From Botryllus schlosseri (Eukaryota), in the NCBI GenBank assembly GCA_051294905.1, contig CM119376.1, positions 22,446,001 to 22,510,000 of the forward strand: a DNA stretch of 64,000 bases, given 5' to 3'. The first letter of the stretch is position 1. Each line of letters begins with the position of its first letter. The notes under the pieces are model-generated. The model was not told the DNA's origin, searched no databases, and saw only the letters and a program-made list of their open reading frames with translations. A program made the position numbers and the translations under genes. Of this stretch, positions 24,323 through 35,587 are shown one piece after another.

Positions 24323-27300
24323 ATCTCCATTTCATCTCATTTGATTCGTCACCGGCGTTCATTGACTCACCGCGATGAAATTTTGGCGACTCTTGAGGAC
24401 GAGGAAGAACTCGGATCCGGCGTTGAAGATATATCCACAGCTAATATTCAAGAATTTCAATTTTTCATGAAAAACAACGACACTACGAATCCCGCGCGAA
24501 CGACCATAAGCGAGCTGATGCCAGGTAACGCAGTTTTAATGGATTTCACCATTCACAACGAGGGGAAAACGTACAGATACGACAGACATTCGCGAATGTC
24601 AGTCGAAGAAGCCACCGTGGAATATCGCGATTCTGTTTCGAAAGGTCTAAGCGCAGTTATGTTAGGTGACGTAGATAGGTGTTCTGACTGTCGCACTGAC
24701 GAGTTGGATCCGGACCAGGCTGTAGCAGCAACTGTAAATATCGCACCAGGTGATACATTGTCGGTCTCTCTGAGCTACATGATTCCTGCCGTTGACACTG
24801 ATAACACTAAAATTGCGGAAACGGAAAAAGAAACTTATCGTACTGATGTGACGATAGATCTTGACGAGTCTGCCCGTAATTTTATCGGTGTTTTAATGTC
24901 TCCGAATTATCCGGACAACTATCCCAATAGCGCGGACCTTACTTGGCTTATCGATGCACCCATTTATGACATGGTGATCGCCGCAAATATGATCAGCTTC
25001 GACACAGAGGCATGTTGCGATCATTTGTACATTTACGACGGACCAACTGACACATATCCTCTGCTTTATGTCGGATCAGGAGATATAACTGGTCCCGAAT
25101 CGTTAGTTACAACGCGGTCCAGTATGTTCGTGAAGTTTCAGACCGACTCATTGGTAAATGATGGCGGGTTCGCTCTTGAGTTTCATCCGACTACAAGGGA
25201 AATTATAACCGAAGATGATCAAACTGATGAAGAAAAACACAACAACGGTACTGTAATAATGCTCGATGATTCCGGCACTTTAAAATCACCCAATTATCCC
25301 GACTTTTACCCTGCTAATTCAAGGATTGTTTGGGATATCGCAGTTGAGACTGGGTATACTATTGATTTCAGGATTATCGATTTTGATGTGTTTGAAGGTG
25401 AAACATTACAAGTAATCGACCGCAATACGAGCAAGGTCTACGCCTCATTAAATTATTTAAGTTATCTCACGATCTTACCGTATTACTTCAATGTATCATC
25501 GAATCAGGTATCAGTCGTTTTCAACACGATTGATAAGATCATTCCCAAAAGAGGTTTGTATGGGAAGTACTTTGCACGACGAGCTGATGAGATATTTTTG
25601 GAGCAAAATGACACTTCCTGGCACGCGATCACTTCGCCGCATTACCCGCATCACTACGGAAACAACGATTATCAAGTGTGGATAATCACGGCCAGGGATG
25701 TGGCTTCCGTTATTCGCATGGCAGTTACGTCGTTGAACTTGGAAGAGGGGTTCGACTTTCTGTACATTTATAACGGCGCGTCGATTGATCGAGACGAAAT
25801 TCTGGCGACCCTGTCAGGAATGGGTGGCGACGACATAGAATACATGAGCGACGGGAACACGGCTACAATTGTGTTTGACAGTGATAAGTCAATCACTGAT
25901 AAAGGGTTCGAACTAACGTACAGAAACGACCGGGCATATACGAATTGCTCGGAAACCGCGGAGTTCATAAATGGCGGACCAGGCGGGACTGTGCGTAATG
26001 TGAACTACCCCTCCAATGTTGTCATTTCTCACGACTGTCAGTGGTTGCTGCGGGTTGATGAATCAAAGAAAGTTGCCGCAACTTTGCGTGAGTTTGAGGA
26101 GACTTATGCTCAAATTTCATTTTATGATGGAAGTTCAAAATTGGACCGGCTGCTGTGGTCTACGACCGGAGACTCTCGTAACGGAATAAGCGTCGCGTCG
26201 TCTTCCAATGAAATGTTGGTAATAATCAGCCCTACCTCATCCGGTTATAATGCGAGATACTGGTACAGTTTCCAAGAAATCGATGGTGAAAATATTCCAT
26301 ATTGCGAATATAGATCACTTCATACGGTCGCACCTGGCCAAATTACCAATGTAAATTATCCTAACTATGCGCTCTATGAAGAATGCAGTTGGATAATAGA
26401 AGCACCTCTCGGATACCAAGTCAAGGCAACGTTTCAGCAGATCGTTACCTCGTCTAGCTCTTCATCCTCATACCGCATGCTAGATTTTTATGATGGAAGT
26501 TCGACTGATTCCCCATTAATAGCAAGCTGTAGTAATTATTATTGTCCTGTTGGTTCCTCGGTCAGCAGCTCATCGACGAATTTGCTAATCGTAGCGGACG
26601 TTTCCAGCACATTGCGATTCAAACTTCAGTATCAGTTCGAAAGTGGCTTGAATTGCTATATCAATCGCGAAATAGGATCAGTCATGTCACCATCCTTCCC
26701 GAACGCATACCCAAACAGCTTTTATCAAGTTACATTCATTGAAGTTGCCTCCGGTAGCATCATGTTTTACTTCGATGCTTTTGCGACAGAATCTTGTTGC
26801 GACCTGCTGTCTTTATATGATGGCAGTTCCACGTCCTCGCCACTAATTTATACTCTTGGCGGGGATCAACAAGGACTAAGTGGTCAAACGTCTGGACGAT
26901 ATTTGACGTTACAGTTTTCCACCAACGACAACGATGCCGGGTCTGGATTCAGAATGGATTATTGCTCTACAAGTCAGGAATGTGGGTTTCTAGGAAATAA
27001 AAATTCAGCGTACGCATATCTTCTTCAACCGTACCGCGGTCATAGATATTATATTGGGTCACCCGATTTTTCGGAATATTATCCCGATAACGTTGACTTT
27101 TTCTGGTACATTGAGTGCTACGAAGAGGATGATACGTCCAGATATACATTTAAAAGAGTCGATATTGACAAATCGGATTCCCTAATATTGTACCAGGGCT
27201 TCAATATGGCTAACGTGCGATTGAATTGGAAAAATGGATACTTCAACTATGCCGGTAGTGACTATACGATAGATATTTATGACCGACGTAGTATTCTATG

Positions 27301-27361
27301 GTTCCACTCTGACACTGCCTTTTCTGGGTTGGGATTTTTTGTTTCGAACTTTTGCCATTAG
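24323..27361 (+). CDS. Gene 1 exon 2: propeptide, VIT-like domain and 7 CUB domains (about 1048 aa when spliced)
   Basis: Acceptor tttattactttcAG ends at 24322; phase 0 and in frame with the 1006-aa ORF; stop TAG ends 27361. Repeated CUB motifs (SPNYPxxYP, WxI, DxLxIYDG, FxSD, GF). No transmembrane segment visible. Confidence 0.93.
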   Translation: MSISSHLIRHRRSLTHRDEILATLEDEEELGSGVEDISTANIQEFQFFMKNNDTTNPARTTISELMPGNAVLMDFTIHNEGKTYRYDRHSRMSVEEATVEYRDSVSKGLSAVMLGDVDRCSDCRTDELDPDQAVAATVNIAPGDTLSVSLSYMIPAVDTDNTKIAETEKETYRTDVTIDLDESARNFIGVLMSPNYPDNYPNSADLTWLIDAPIYDMVIAANMISFDTEACCDHLYIYDGPTDTYPLLYVGSGDITGPESLVTTRSSMFVKFQTDSLVNDGGFALEFHPTTREIITEDDQTDEEKHNNGTVIMLDDSGTLKSPNYPDFYPANSRIVWDIAVETGYTIDFRIIDFDVFEGETLQVIDRNTSKVYASLNYLSYLTILPYYFNVSSNQVSVVFNTIDKIIPKRGLYGKYFARRADEIFLEQNDTSWHAITSPHYPHHYGNNDYQVWIITARDVASVIRMAVTSLNLEEGFDFLYIYNGASIDRDEILATLSGMGGDDIEYMSDGNTATIVFDSDKSITDKGFELTYRNDRAYTNCSETAEFINGGPGGTVRNVNYPSNVVISHDCQWLLRVDESKKVAATLREFEETYAQISFYDGSSKLDRLLWSTTGDSRNGISVASSSNEMLVIISPTSSGYNARYWYSFQEIDGENIPYCEYRSLHTVAPGQITNVNYPNYALYEECSWIIEAPLGYQVKATFQQIVTSSSSSSSYRMLDFYDGSSTDSPLIASCSNYYCPVGSSVSSSSTNLLIVADVSSTLRFKLQYQFESGLNCYINREIGSVMSPSFPNAYPNSFYQVTFIEVASGSIMFYFDAFATESCCDLLSLYDGSSTSSPLIYTLGGDQQGLSGQTSGRYLTLQFSTNDNDAGSGFRMDYCSTSQECGFLGNKNSAYAYLLQPYRGHRYYIGSPDFSEYYPDNVDFFWYIECYEEDDTSRYTFKRVDIDKSDSLILYQGFNMANVRLNWKNGYFNYAGSDYTIDIYDRRSILWFHSDTAFSGLGFFVSNFCH

Positions 27362-28298
27362 ACGCCACGTGGCTTCATACAGCTCCTTACGCTTGAATCA
27401 TTTGTGCTCCTAATGCAATCTTACTATGAGCTATAATCATATCGTAACGCAACTAATCAAAAAAGGCGAGTATAGATTTGCTTAATATCTGATTTTTCCC
27501 TATGGTATAGCGTTTTATATAGATCGATTCATATTGGGCTTTCTTCGAAGTTTCTTATGACTCATCGTGGAATCGTGACCGGAATCTTCTGAACAATGTA
27601 CATCAGTTCCAAATTCTTATAATTCAGCTTATTAGCTTTAACTGGAAAACGGGAATAAATAACATCATCATAATTATTACGAGGTGTTAGAAAGCGCATT
27701 TCCGAAGGGCATATAATTGCTTGTGTGTAATAATGTATATTATGTGAAGCTGGATTAAAATTGATTATTTGAAAGAAATCTGTTTGTTTTATCCTTTTCT
27801 TCAAACGAGTGCATGCAGACAATACCTCCCATGTCGGTGAGCCAGATCGAATCCAATACCATCCTATTACGTGCTCGTAGTCTATACATACTTGGTGGTC
27901 ACTGAGGTCTATCCGCATCGCACCCGGTCGCCAGATGATTAATGCAGTCTGATATATAGTTCGTTCAGTAAGCTTATTGCGTTGATTTATTGATGCAATC
28001 AGCAGAAATGGTTAAAGTAGTCATTGTTGCTCGTTAAGTAAACTGAGGCGTAAAAGTAGAACTGATGCTTTAAGTAAGAGATTGGTCCCAGTGAAAGCAA
28101 GCTCCACCAGATAATGAAGTTCGTTATTCTCACACGATAGTACAGTCCGCCTATGTATGTCCCCTATTTCTAGCTGTAGTGTAATGATGAAGTATTGGCG
28201 TGACCGTGGGCTCATGTCCTTTTGATGATAGATCATGCAACGTCGACAATTTCACGTGGGCGAGTTCATTCAATGTAATGAACAGATAACCTCATAAG

Positions 28299-29151
28299 TA
28301 GGGCGTTTTTTTTTTTACCTAACTAAGAGAAAATTTTGACCTAAAAAATCCAAATTTTGACCAAATTTTGTCCTAACGTATGCAAATTAAGTGTTTTCCC
28401 ACATAATGTTAAAATTGTACCACTTATCTTCATTTCTGGTTGGATCTGACTGTCCTAACGAAGTAGTTTGGCCTGAAAAAGCGTTTTTGGCTTAGAAACA
28501 GGCAACTTTTTACATGAAAAAAAACACACTTTTTTAACGAAATCTGACCCTATGAAGAATTCCAGTGGTTACAATATGTATTATGGTAGAAATAATTAAA
28601 ATATTTTGTAGTACAACGAGAGATACTTTCCTACATTATTGGGTAGAAAGTGCACGTCCTTACTAAGAAGCTTACCAAGGACGTTCAACAGCAGCAGTTG
28701 TTGGCTGACAACACTCAAGTTGTGCGTACACTGCTGGTGCTGGTGACACACCGTGTTGCTTCATTCTGACAATGTTGTCTACATCACAATTTTTCATCAT
28801 GCGCTTCTTAATATAAGAATGATGCAATGCACTAGAAGTCTTTCTTCAGTTAGGATATTGCGGTACGTTGACCATAACACCATGTCTACCTATTATTTGT
28901 TTTATTTGACCGTTTATGATTCACAATGAGCAGACGATTAGCCGTTTACAACGGTAGGCCTATAAAATAGGCTAACAGCGGTAAAATATCAAATTATAAG
29001 TTCACCGACAGTGCAAAATCTACGATACAAACAAAATGCAGACGTCAAACATTTTTTGACTTCATGAAAAATTTTGACAAATTTTGACCTAACGCTACAA
29101 TTTTGACAAAATTTTGACAAATTTTGACATGTCAAAAAAAAAGACGCCCTA
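28299..29151 (+). mobile_element. hAT-like MITE (TIR tagggcgt, attttgac subrepeats)
   Basis: Perfect TSD ctcataag at 28291-28298 and 29152-29159. Confidence 0.88.
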
Positions 29152-29224
29152 CTCATAAGTTTTAGGACTTCCACCATGGCCTTTTGATTAAACATAGATT
29201 CACCGATGCGTCCCATAGAGTATA

Positions 29225-29935
29225 CAGGAGCCCGTTGGCCAACCTTTTCAGCCAACGGGCCACATTCGATTGACGAAGTATTGCGCGGGCCACTCGCCGC
29301 GCCAAGCGTGAAAATTTTTTGAAGTTCATAGGTCAATAATATTGTCATTTGACTACATTGCGGGCCTGTTGTATATCGCTGGGCTAATTTTGCGAGGAGT
29401 GGGCAATTCGGCGCTTGGACATATCGATATCGAAAGATGCGACCAACATGCGTCAATCATTTCGTGCCTAGGTTTCATAGTCGACGGTCTTACTGCGAGC
29501 GCAAACGCAATTTCGCATATGTTGAACGACACTTTGTCTCGTAATCGCGAATATAGTTAGACTCAATCTGATACATTAGGTGTTCTTCCATTTTCACAAA
29601 AGGGCAACATTAATAAAAACAAGAAATCGAGTGACAACATGTTGCGCCAAGCTTGTAGAAAATTTTTACCTTTCATAAATCTACCGCAAATTATTCTGCT
29701 TTATTGTAGTGTACGAAGATATACCAATATGTAAATGGCTGATGGATCTGGCAATGCGTCGGAACCGATATTCTAGTCATCATATCTCAAGTGTTGCGAC
29801 CCGACTAATCAAATTTTTGGTTGGCCTTGCAAGTTCACAATCTGTGTAATCCATTTTTGATGATATTAGAAATTTCGGAAATGACCTCGCGGGCCACTCA
29901 AAACCTTCTCGCGGGCCACGGGTTGGCCGGCCCTG
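29225..29935 (-). mobile_element. Family E MITE, inverted copy
   Basis: Reverse complement of 18739-19469 along its whole length; no clear TSD. Confidence 0.9.
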
Positions 29936-31115
29936 GTATAAAGTATAGACACATCAAATTATGTATCTTTCGTCAACCGGATATCCCATTCACAACAATG
30001 AATCTATATTCTATATATTCGTGAGATTATCGTGAACTACCTGGTATCGCAGAGGCGCCCACTATTCGTAGTCCCAGTGTTGAATAATTTTACCAGCTAC
30101 AAGCATGAAAAATCCCCAGCAAACATATCCGAGAGAACACTCTCACAACGCTGTTATTCGAGACAAAACGAGATATTATAAATAGGTGATAAACAATCGA
30201 GTCGTATACTCGGTTGTTCAAACAGCTCCTGGTCGGAGCAATCATGAGCTGCATTGGTTATACGAAAAGCTTCAGCTGCGAGAGTCACATCGCGCTATAT
30301 TTGAGCAATACAGTACAATGCTGCCGATAAGACGGCGGGGCGGTGTTTACACGCAATATCTGCGTTTCATTACGATTTCGACGCAATAATTTGAGTTCAA
30401 ATTCCATCGGGAAATTTCCACAGCCTTGTAATCAGTGATCGACAAAAGGGGCTTTCTAAATCAGTGGTTCTCAACCTTTTTCACCTCGCGGACCGGTGAA
30501 ATTTCAAAAAATGTCTGGCGGACCGGTGGACTTTCAAAAATTGAAATGAAGCCAAAATGTAAAGTATGCAACCGTTTGTGCAATTATATGGTGCTAGAGA
30601 GTGACATTTAGAGGGTGAGTGGCATTTAGAGGGTTTTGATCGTAACTTTAATTATCTTCATGATGGCATCCATGTGATTTTATGGTTCTGAGTCTGCGGA
30701 GTAGAGGCAAAATTGCCTTGTCCAGATAAACGTGCTAATGCCGAGAGTCGTTTACAGTCTTTCGCGCCTACTGCCATGGATTTAACCGACCACGCCACCT
30801 CGAATAATATTCTTCTGTCTGACAATATCGAGAGAAGAAGCATTTCGGAGCCGAACCAAGCACCTTACCGTGCTACCTTGCTCATTGTCCACTACCACCA
30901 GACGCGGCTACTTTGGCGACTACGAATACAACGCGCCGCACGAATACACCTTAAAAAAGCTATACCAGCCATCCGCAAATCCGGGCCGAAAAGCACTTCG
31001 TCAGCCAAACCCAAAAACGTTGGTCTTGGGACCCCACAGTGCGATAAGCCAAACTTTCAGGTGCTCCATCCCCAGACCCGTTTTTGTGAGCACATTCATT
31101 ATACTCTGTGTAAAC

Positions 31116-32607
31116 CAGGGGTGGGCAAACTACGGCCCGCGGCCCGCAACACCGCTCTGTGCGGCCCGCGAGATTCTGAATATACTTTTTAGATCAATTG
31201 ATCGAATTAATGCAGGGACTTGATTAAACTTGTTCTTAGTAAATTCCACGACAATAATTCTAAGACAGTGGTTCCAAACTGGGGTGAGCGCCACCCTTGC
31301 GGGCGTGAAAGTATCCCAAGGGGGAGAAGCTGAGCTGAGCTGAACTGAAAAAATCTTTCGAGCTCCGCGCGATTGTCATCCACTTGATATAGTTGTTGCT
31401 CTGTATTTAGTCTGAATTTCGTATTTACGAATCCCTCATCCGCGGTCGTAACCTCCATAGTCATCAAACTATTCGTTAGATTGCTAGCATCCTGGTGGCG
31501 TTTTGTGATATGACGATAAGAGCGTGGAATCCTTCGCCATCATAAGAGGTGGGGCATGCCTCAAAAGACGGAGAACCACTGTTCTAAGGTAAATACTTCC
31601 TTACTTTCTGTTTAATTTCTGGCGCGACAGCCCGATTCCCAAGGCCCACGCAGTTTGAAAGGTTTCAACTGCTAAACATCACAGATCACGAGTGGGATTT
31701 CATATTGGCCACTACAGTTCGAACTATTTCAGTGATGTGCTTATGCAAACGCTATGCGCGTGTCTTAAGAGATTCGTTCTCTGTATGCGTAGAATTGGGG
31801 TTTGTTTGTTTGTTTTATTCGCACAACTTTGGCGCTTATCGCCTGTAAGGTCATTTGCACCCAGTACATCAATTTCAGTAATTTCAGCGGTTTAACGGTC
31901 TTTTTCGTCACATTACGGACGACTTCCATGCACGCGCTCTTCCACCATCAGGTTCTTTCGATTTTCATGCGCCCGCAACTTAGTCTTTACGATGCCATCT
32001 ATCCGGAGTTCGGCTCTCTCTTTCTCTGGGCTTTTCAAGGCGCTGTATTTACATATAAACCTCCGACACATAGAAACTTAGCAGAGCCGAAACTCGAACC
32101 AGTAACCATTGGTGTCGTGACCGCAGTGTTTAACCAACTGCGCCACTCGCTTCCCCGTAGAATTGGGGTGTTTATATTTCATCTATACATAGTAGAAGCG
32201 TGTTCCAATCTAACGTGGTTATGGTCTTGTCAGCATTGCGTGTCCCAGAACTGAACCAAAAGTGGAATTGGTAAATCTATGAACAGATCACTGCTCGCAG
32301 ATTTCAATTTCAATCCTGTTCTAAGAATCGGGACAACCGACTTTCATCTCTATGGTTTTGAGAAATTGGTTATTGAGGTCGACCAGCCTATGAAATCTCG
32401 CACCATGTTTGTGACGCGTGTACGATATCATCAAAGCGATGATTGGCTTGTTTTAAATAAGCACATCTATTATCTACATGTCCTAACTATATAATCAAAT
32501 ACCAATGTTGCGTTTTGATTTATAAAACCAAATTTTAAATAGTGCGGCCCGCGAATGGAGTTAGATGTTGAATGCGGCCCGCGAGCTCAAAAGTTTGCCC
32601 ACCCCTG
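31116..32607 (+). mobile_element. hAT family H element (TIR caggggtgggcaaac)
   Basis: TSD gtgtaaac / gtgtgaac; related copies at 38205-39039 and 47723-48419. Confidence 0.88.
31266..31581 (+). mobile_element. Small hAT MITE nested in family H
   Basis: cagtggttc / gaaccactg ends; TSD ttctaaga / ttctaagg. Confidence 0.8.
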
Positions 32608-34090
32608 GTGTGAACAGAAAGGTTATGTAGCTTAATCGCAGCCATAGCAAAAATTTTCGATCATTCATGACTGAATCGGTTTTCTAGTTGCCGAATTTTA
32701 GCACACCTTTCTGAGTCCCATGTTAGCCTAAACATCATTATGCGTTGGTACGTAGTGGCGCGGTAATGTCTGACGCCAAAATTCCTATTTCTATTAATCA
32801 TGAGTATTTCTTGGAGACGGGAACCTAATAAGCAAGACGTTCAGTGACACCAAGTCGCACAAAGCGCGAAACGAATTTAAAATATGTTTGAAAAGTTGTT
32901 TTTTTTAAATACGCAATGGTTTGTGTTCATTTGCAAAATGATTTTGTGCCCCTTTTAAGCTCGGCTCCTGTCCAATTGGGCGTTTTGGGGTGCCCCAGTT
33001 ACGGACATGCACAAACGAATGAATCGAAAACGAATGATCGCGCAAACTATTTAGCGACGAGTCAGCTGGTATTTGTTCTGTACTTATCGCTCGCATGTCG
33101 TCAAATGACACGTCTTGAACTTTAAGTCAAAACGAACATGCTTCCAGACCTGATGTTACCTCTCGAAGTTCTGAATCAGTTTAAAATTTGATGTTTTCTT
33201 TATTTTATCAATGGACCAGCTTTCAACATTACATCTAGAAACTAAGGTATAAAATCGTAATTTACTTGGCGAACCGGCAGGAATGTCGTTACGGACCGGC
33301 ACCGGTCCGGGGACTGGCGGTTGAGAACCACTGTTCTAAATCACTACATCGCGACAACGGTAATTCGACTATTTTTGAGACGACAAGTAGACATACTCCG
33401 GAATAACGTATATGCCCTGGTATGTCGCGAAATTCCAGAACAAAACCTTATCAACGGACACTCTGACAGCTATAATACGCTAATTCAAATAAATTTCGTT
33501 CAACAACAATTGGTATATAGCCGATACAAACGTCACAGTGGGTGGATTGGTTAGCTGTGGTGGTTGGCTTCAATGCATTCATTTTGATGCATGAGTCTTG
33601 GGTCGCGAGATGCCACTAAACTCAGATTTGGGTCGTGGCCTAAAACATTAAAACACCTCTAAACGGCAGTATATGCTTGTTTCAGTAGTCACACCCGTCG
33701 CATATAGGTAAGTAAACTACTTTGGAAACTTTTTCTCAAGTTGTAGCAGCTATGAAGGAAAACTGCTTCGTATGATCTACTCTGGCGTAGAACATCACAA
33801 ATTTGATTAACAACCCATTTTTTTTCTCTATGGGTCGTAGTTTCTCATTTAACATTTCGCGCGAGGAAAATGCTCTTTCCTACCAGTTGACAACCGATTA
33901 AATATTGAACCGTTTAACTAGAATGGATTCGGAACTTCAGCACAGTTTGCTGCATAATTGAGTTCTTTGCATGCAATGTATTCCGAAGAAAAAAGTACAA
34001 AGATTACGATCGCTATTCCGCAATGATCTGGCCGCGTATAGTGGCAAATACTTTCAAGTCATAGCTGAGAACACTAAGTCCGCTGGATAG

Positions 34091-34509
34091 TAGGGCTGGG
34101 CAAAATCGAGTACCTGAGTGATTCGATTCTGAATCGAGTGTTTTGCTTCGAGTCGAGTCGAGTAATCGAGTATCACTTATTATGACGTAACACCAGTATG
34201 GGAGATGACAAAATTCAAATTTGAATTTTATCCTATACCAAATAATATAAAGTCTGTCGTACACCATGTAAAGGTAATTTGTAGCTTTGCAATACGTGTT
34301 ACGTATGCTGTCATACGACAAATCGAAGTTTCAAGGCTTCCTGAGTGGAAAATGGTATCGAATTATAATTTTCGTTGATAAATTCACTCTTATTGACACG
34401 GAGCCTACGATTTCAGTACTCGAAAAATCACCTCTTACTACTCGACTCGAATCATTAGGATTAATACTCGATTCAGATTCGAGTACTCGAATCATTGTGC
34501 CCAGCCCTA
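34091..34509 (+). mobile_element. MITE (TIR tagggctgggca, tcgag/tcgat subrepeats)
   Basis: TIRs at both ends; tggatag directly repeated on both flanks. Confidence 0.8.
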
Positions 34510-35113
34510 TGGATAGGTCGACGAAAATTGCACCATTTTTTCGTTAAGTCAAAATCAGCCTACACTAATTGAACTTGTTCGAGGAACACGGCCATGGCCA
34601 GAATGGAGGTCCTGAAGGAATCATGGCCAGCTAAAACCATGCTCATGGAGGAATCAACACTTTTCCTGCGGTCGGGTGAGTTAAGTCTAGGCTTTTTTCT
34701 GAGCTACAGAGATAGAATTGCATGCTATGAACCAACATTAGTAAAGCGAAGTGCACCGTCCGACCCTTAGGTCATCCTATTGCTGTTAATGGAATAATTA
34801 CAACATGTTTGAGCACTGGGTTATGCAGTAATACAATTCGGTTTACCCACCGGTGCGCCATGAAGTAACATGTAGATATAATGAAAGAACGAAAATGAGA
34901 CATCGTCGTTAACATAAATGTTAATCCCTAGTCTTCTACAGCGTGACACAATCATTTCCATTCCAGCCGCAATGCGCGTCTCAAATATTGCGAAATACTT
35001 TAATGACGCAATCGAAATTTCGTCTACATAGGTGCTGCCATAGGTGGCTGTCATATTCCAAGTAATGGTTTATCGTTATCGTGGATTTTTCTTTGGGGCC
35101 GCCTGCTCTGCCG

Positions 35114-35330
35114 ATCTTGTTTGGATAAGATATCCTAAGAGACTTTTCTCCAATGCATCGTAACAATATCGGTAACTAATGTTTACTAAACCTGCTAAAC
35201 ATGCTTGTATTGCATTATGTGATTATCATAGGACAATCCCATGGAATTGTCCATATGATCATTTGTTCACACGAGTATAATTAGAGCAGTCAAATCGAAA
35301 GACTTCAGTACATCTGACTCGAAAGTCACG
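35114..35330 (+). promoter_or_regulatory. Putative proximal promoter of gene 2
   Basis: atcttgtttgGATAAGatatc (35114-35134), TCCCatGGAAttgtCCATATG (about 35237), TATAA (35276-35280), same order as in gene 1. Confidence 0.55.
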
Positions 35331-35438
35331 ATGAAAGTTTTTATGTGTCTGCTCATTGCGAGCATAGCGTCATTATCGCATGCGCATTATCATGTATTGG
35401 TGGCGGGTGGGACGCAACAAGATGGTGAAGGATCGTCG
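35331..35438 (+). CDS. Gene 2 exon 1: signal-peptide exon (MKVFMCLLIASIASLSHAHYHVLVAGGTQQDGEGSS)
   Basis: ATG at 35331, 36 codons, donor GTAAGT at 35439 (phase 0); colinear with 12555-12662. Confidence 0.88.
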
Positions 35439-35587
35439 GTAAGTTGTTGAATGATATAAGCCCATGTATGTATGTGTCAGAATTCGCTGATGAAAGCGAT
35501 GGCGTGTTCATGAAAAACTTTGTCATTAAATAAACTTGAAAAGAACTAGGTTCACTCTGAGACTGCCATTAGCAGAGGTACCTATAG

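Larger units (their letters stand above)
30462..33333 (+). mobile_element. hAT (Buster-like) family G element containing two nested MITEs
   Basis: TIR cagtggttctcaacc; perfect TSD ttctaaat at 30454-30461 and 33334-33341. Confidence 0.9.

Noticed and set aside
24371..24394. RDEILATL occurs twice in gene 1 (N-terminus and CUB3, about 25790)
   Set aside because: Codons differ at most third positions and the repeat is not kept in gene 2; probably coincidence.
24323..27361. Naming the genes cubilin, tolloid/BMP1, CSMD or ITIH
   Set aside because: No EGF, astacin, sushi or VWA domains and only 7 CUBs; orthology is not supported, so no symbol is given.
30713..32254. 159-aa and 150-aa ORFs
   Set aside because: Both are inside nested MITEs, one crosses an element boundary, and neither has a recognisable domain.
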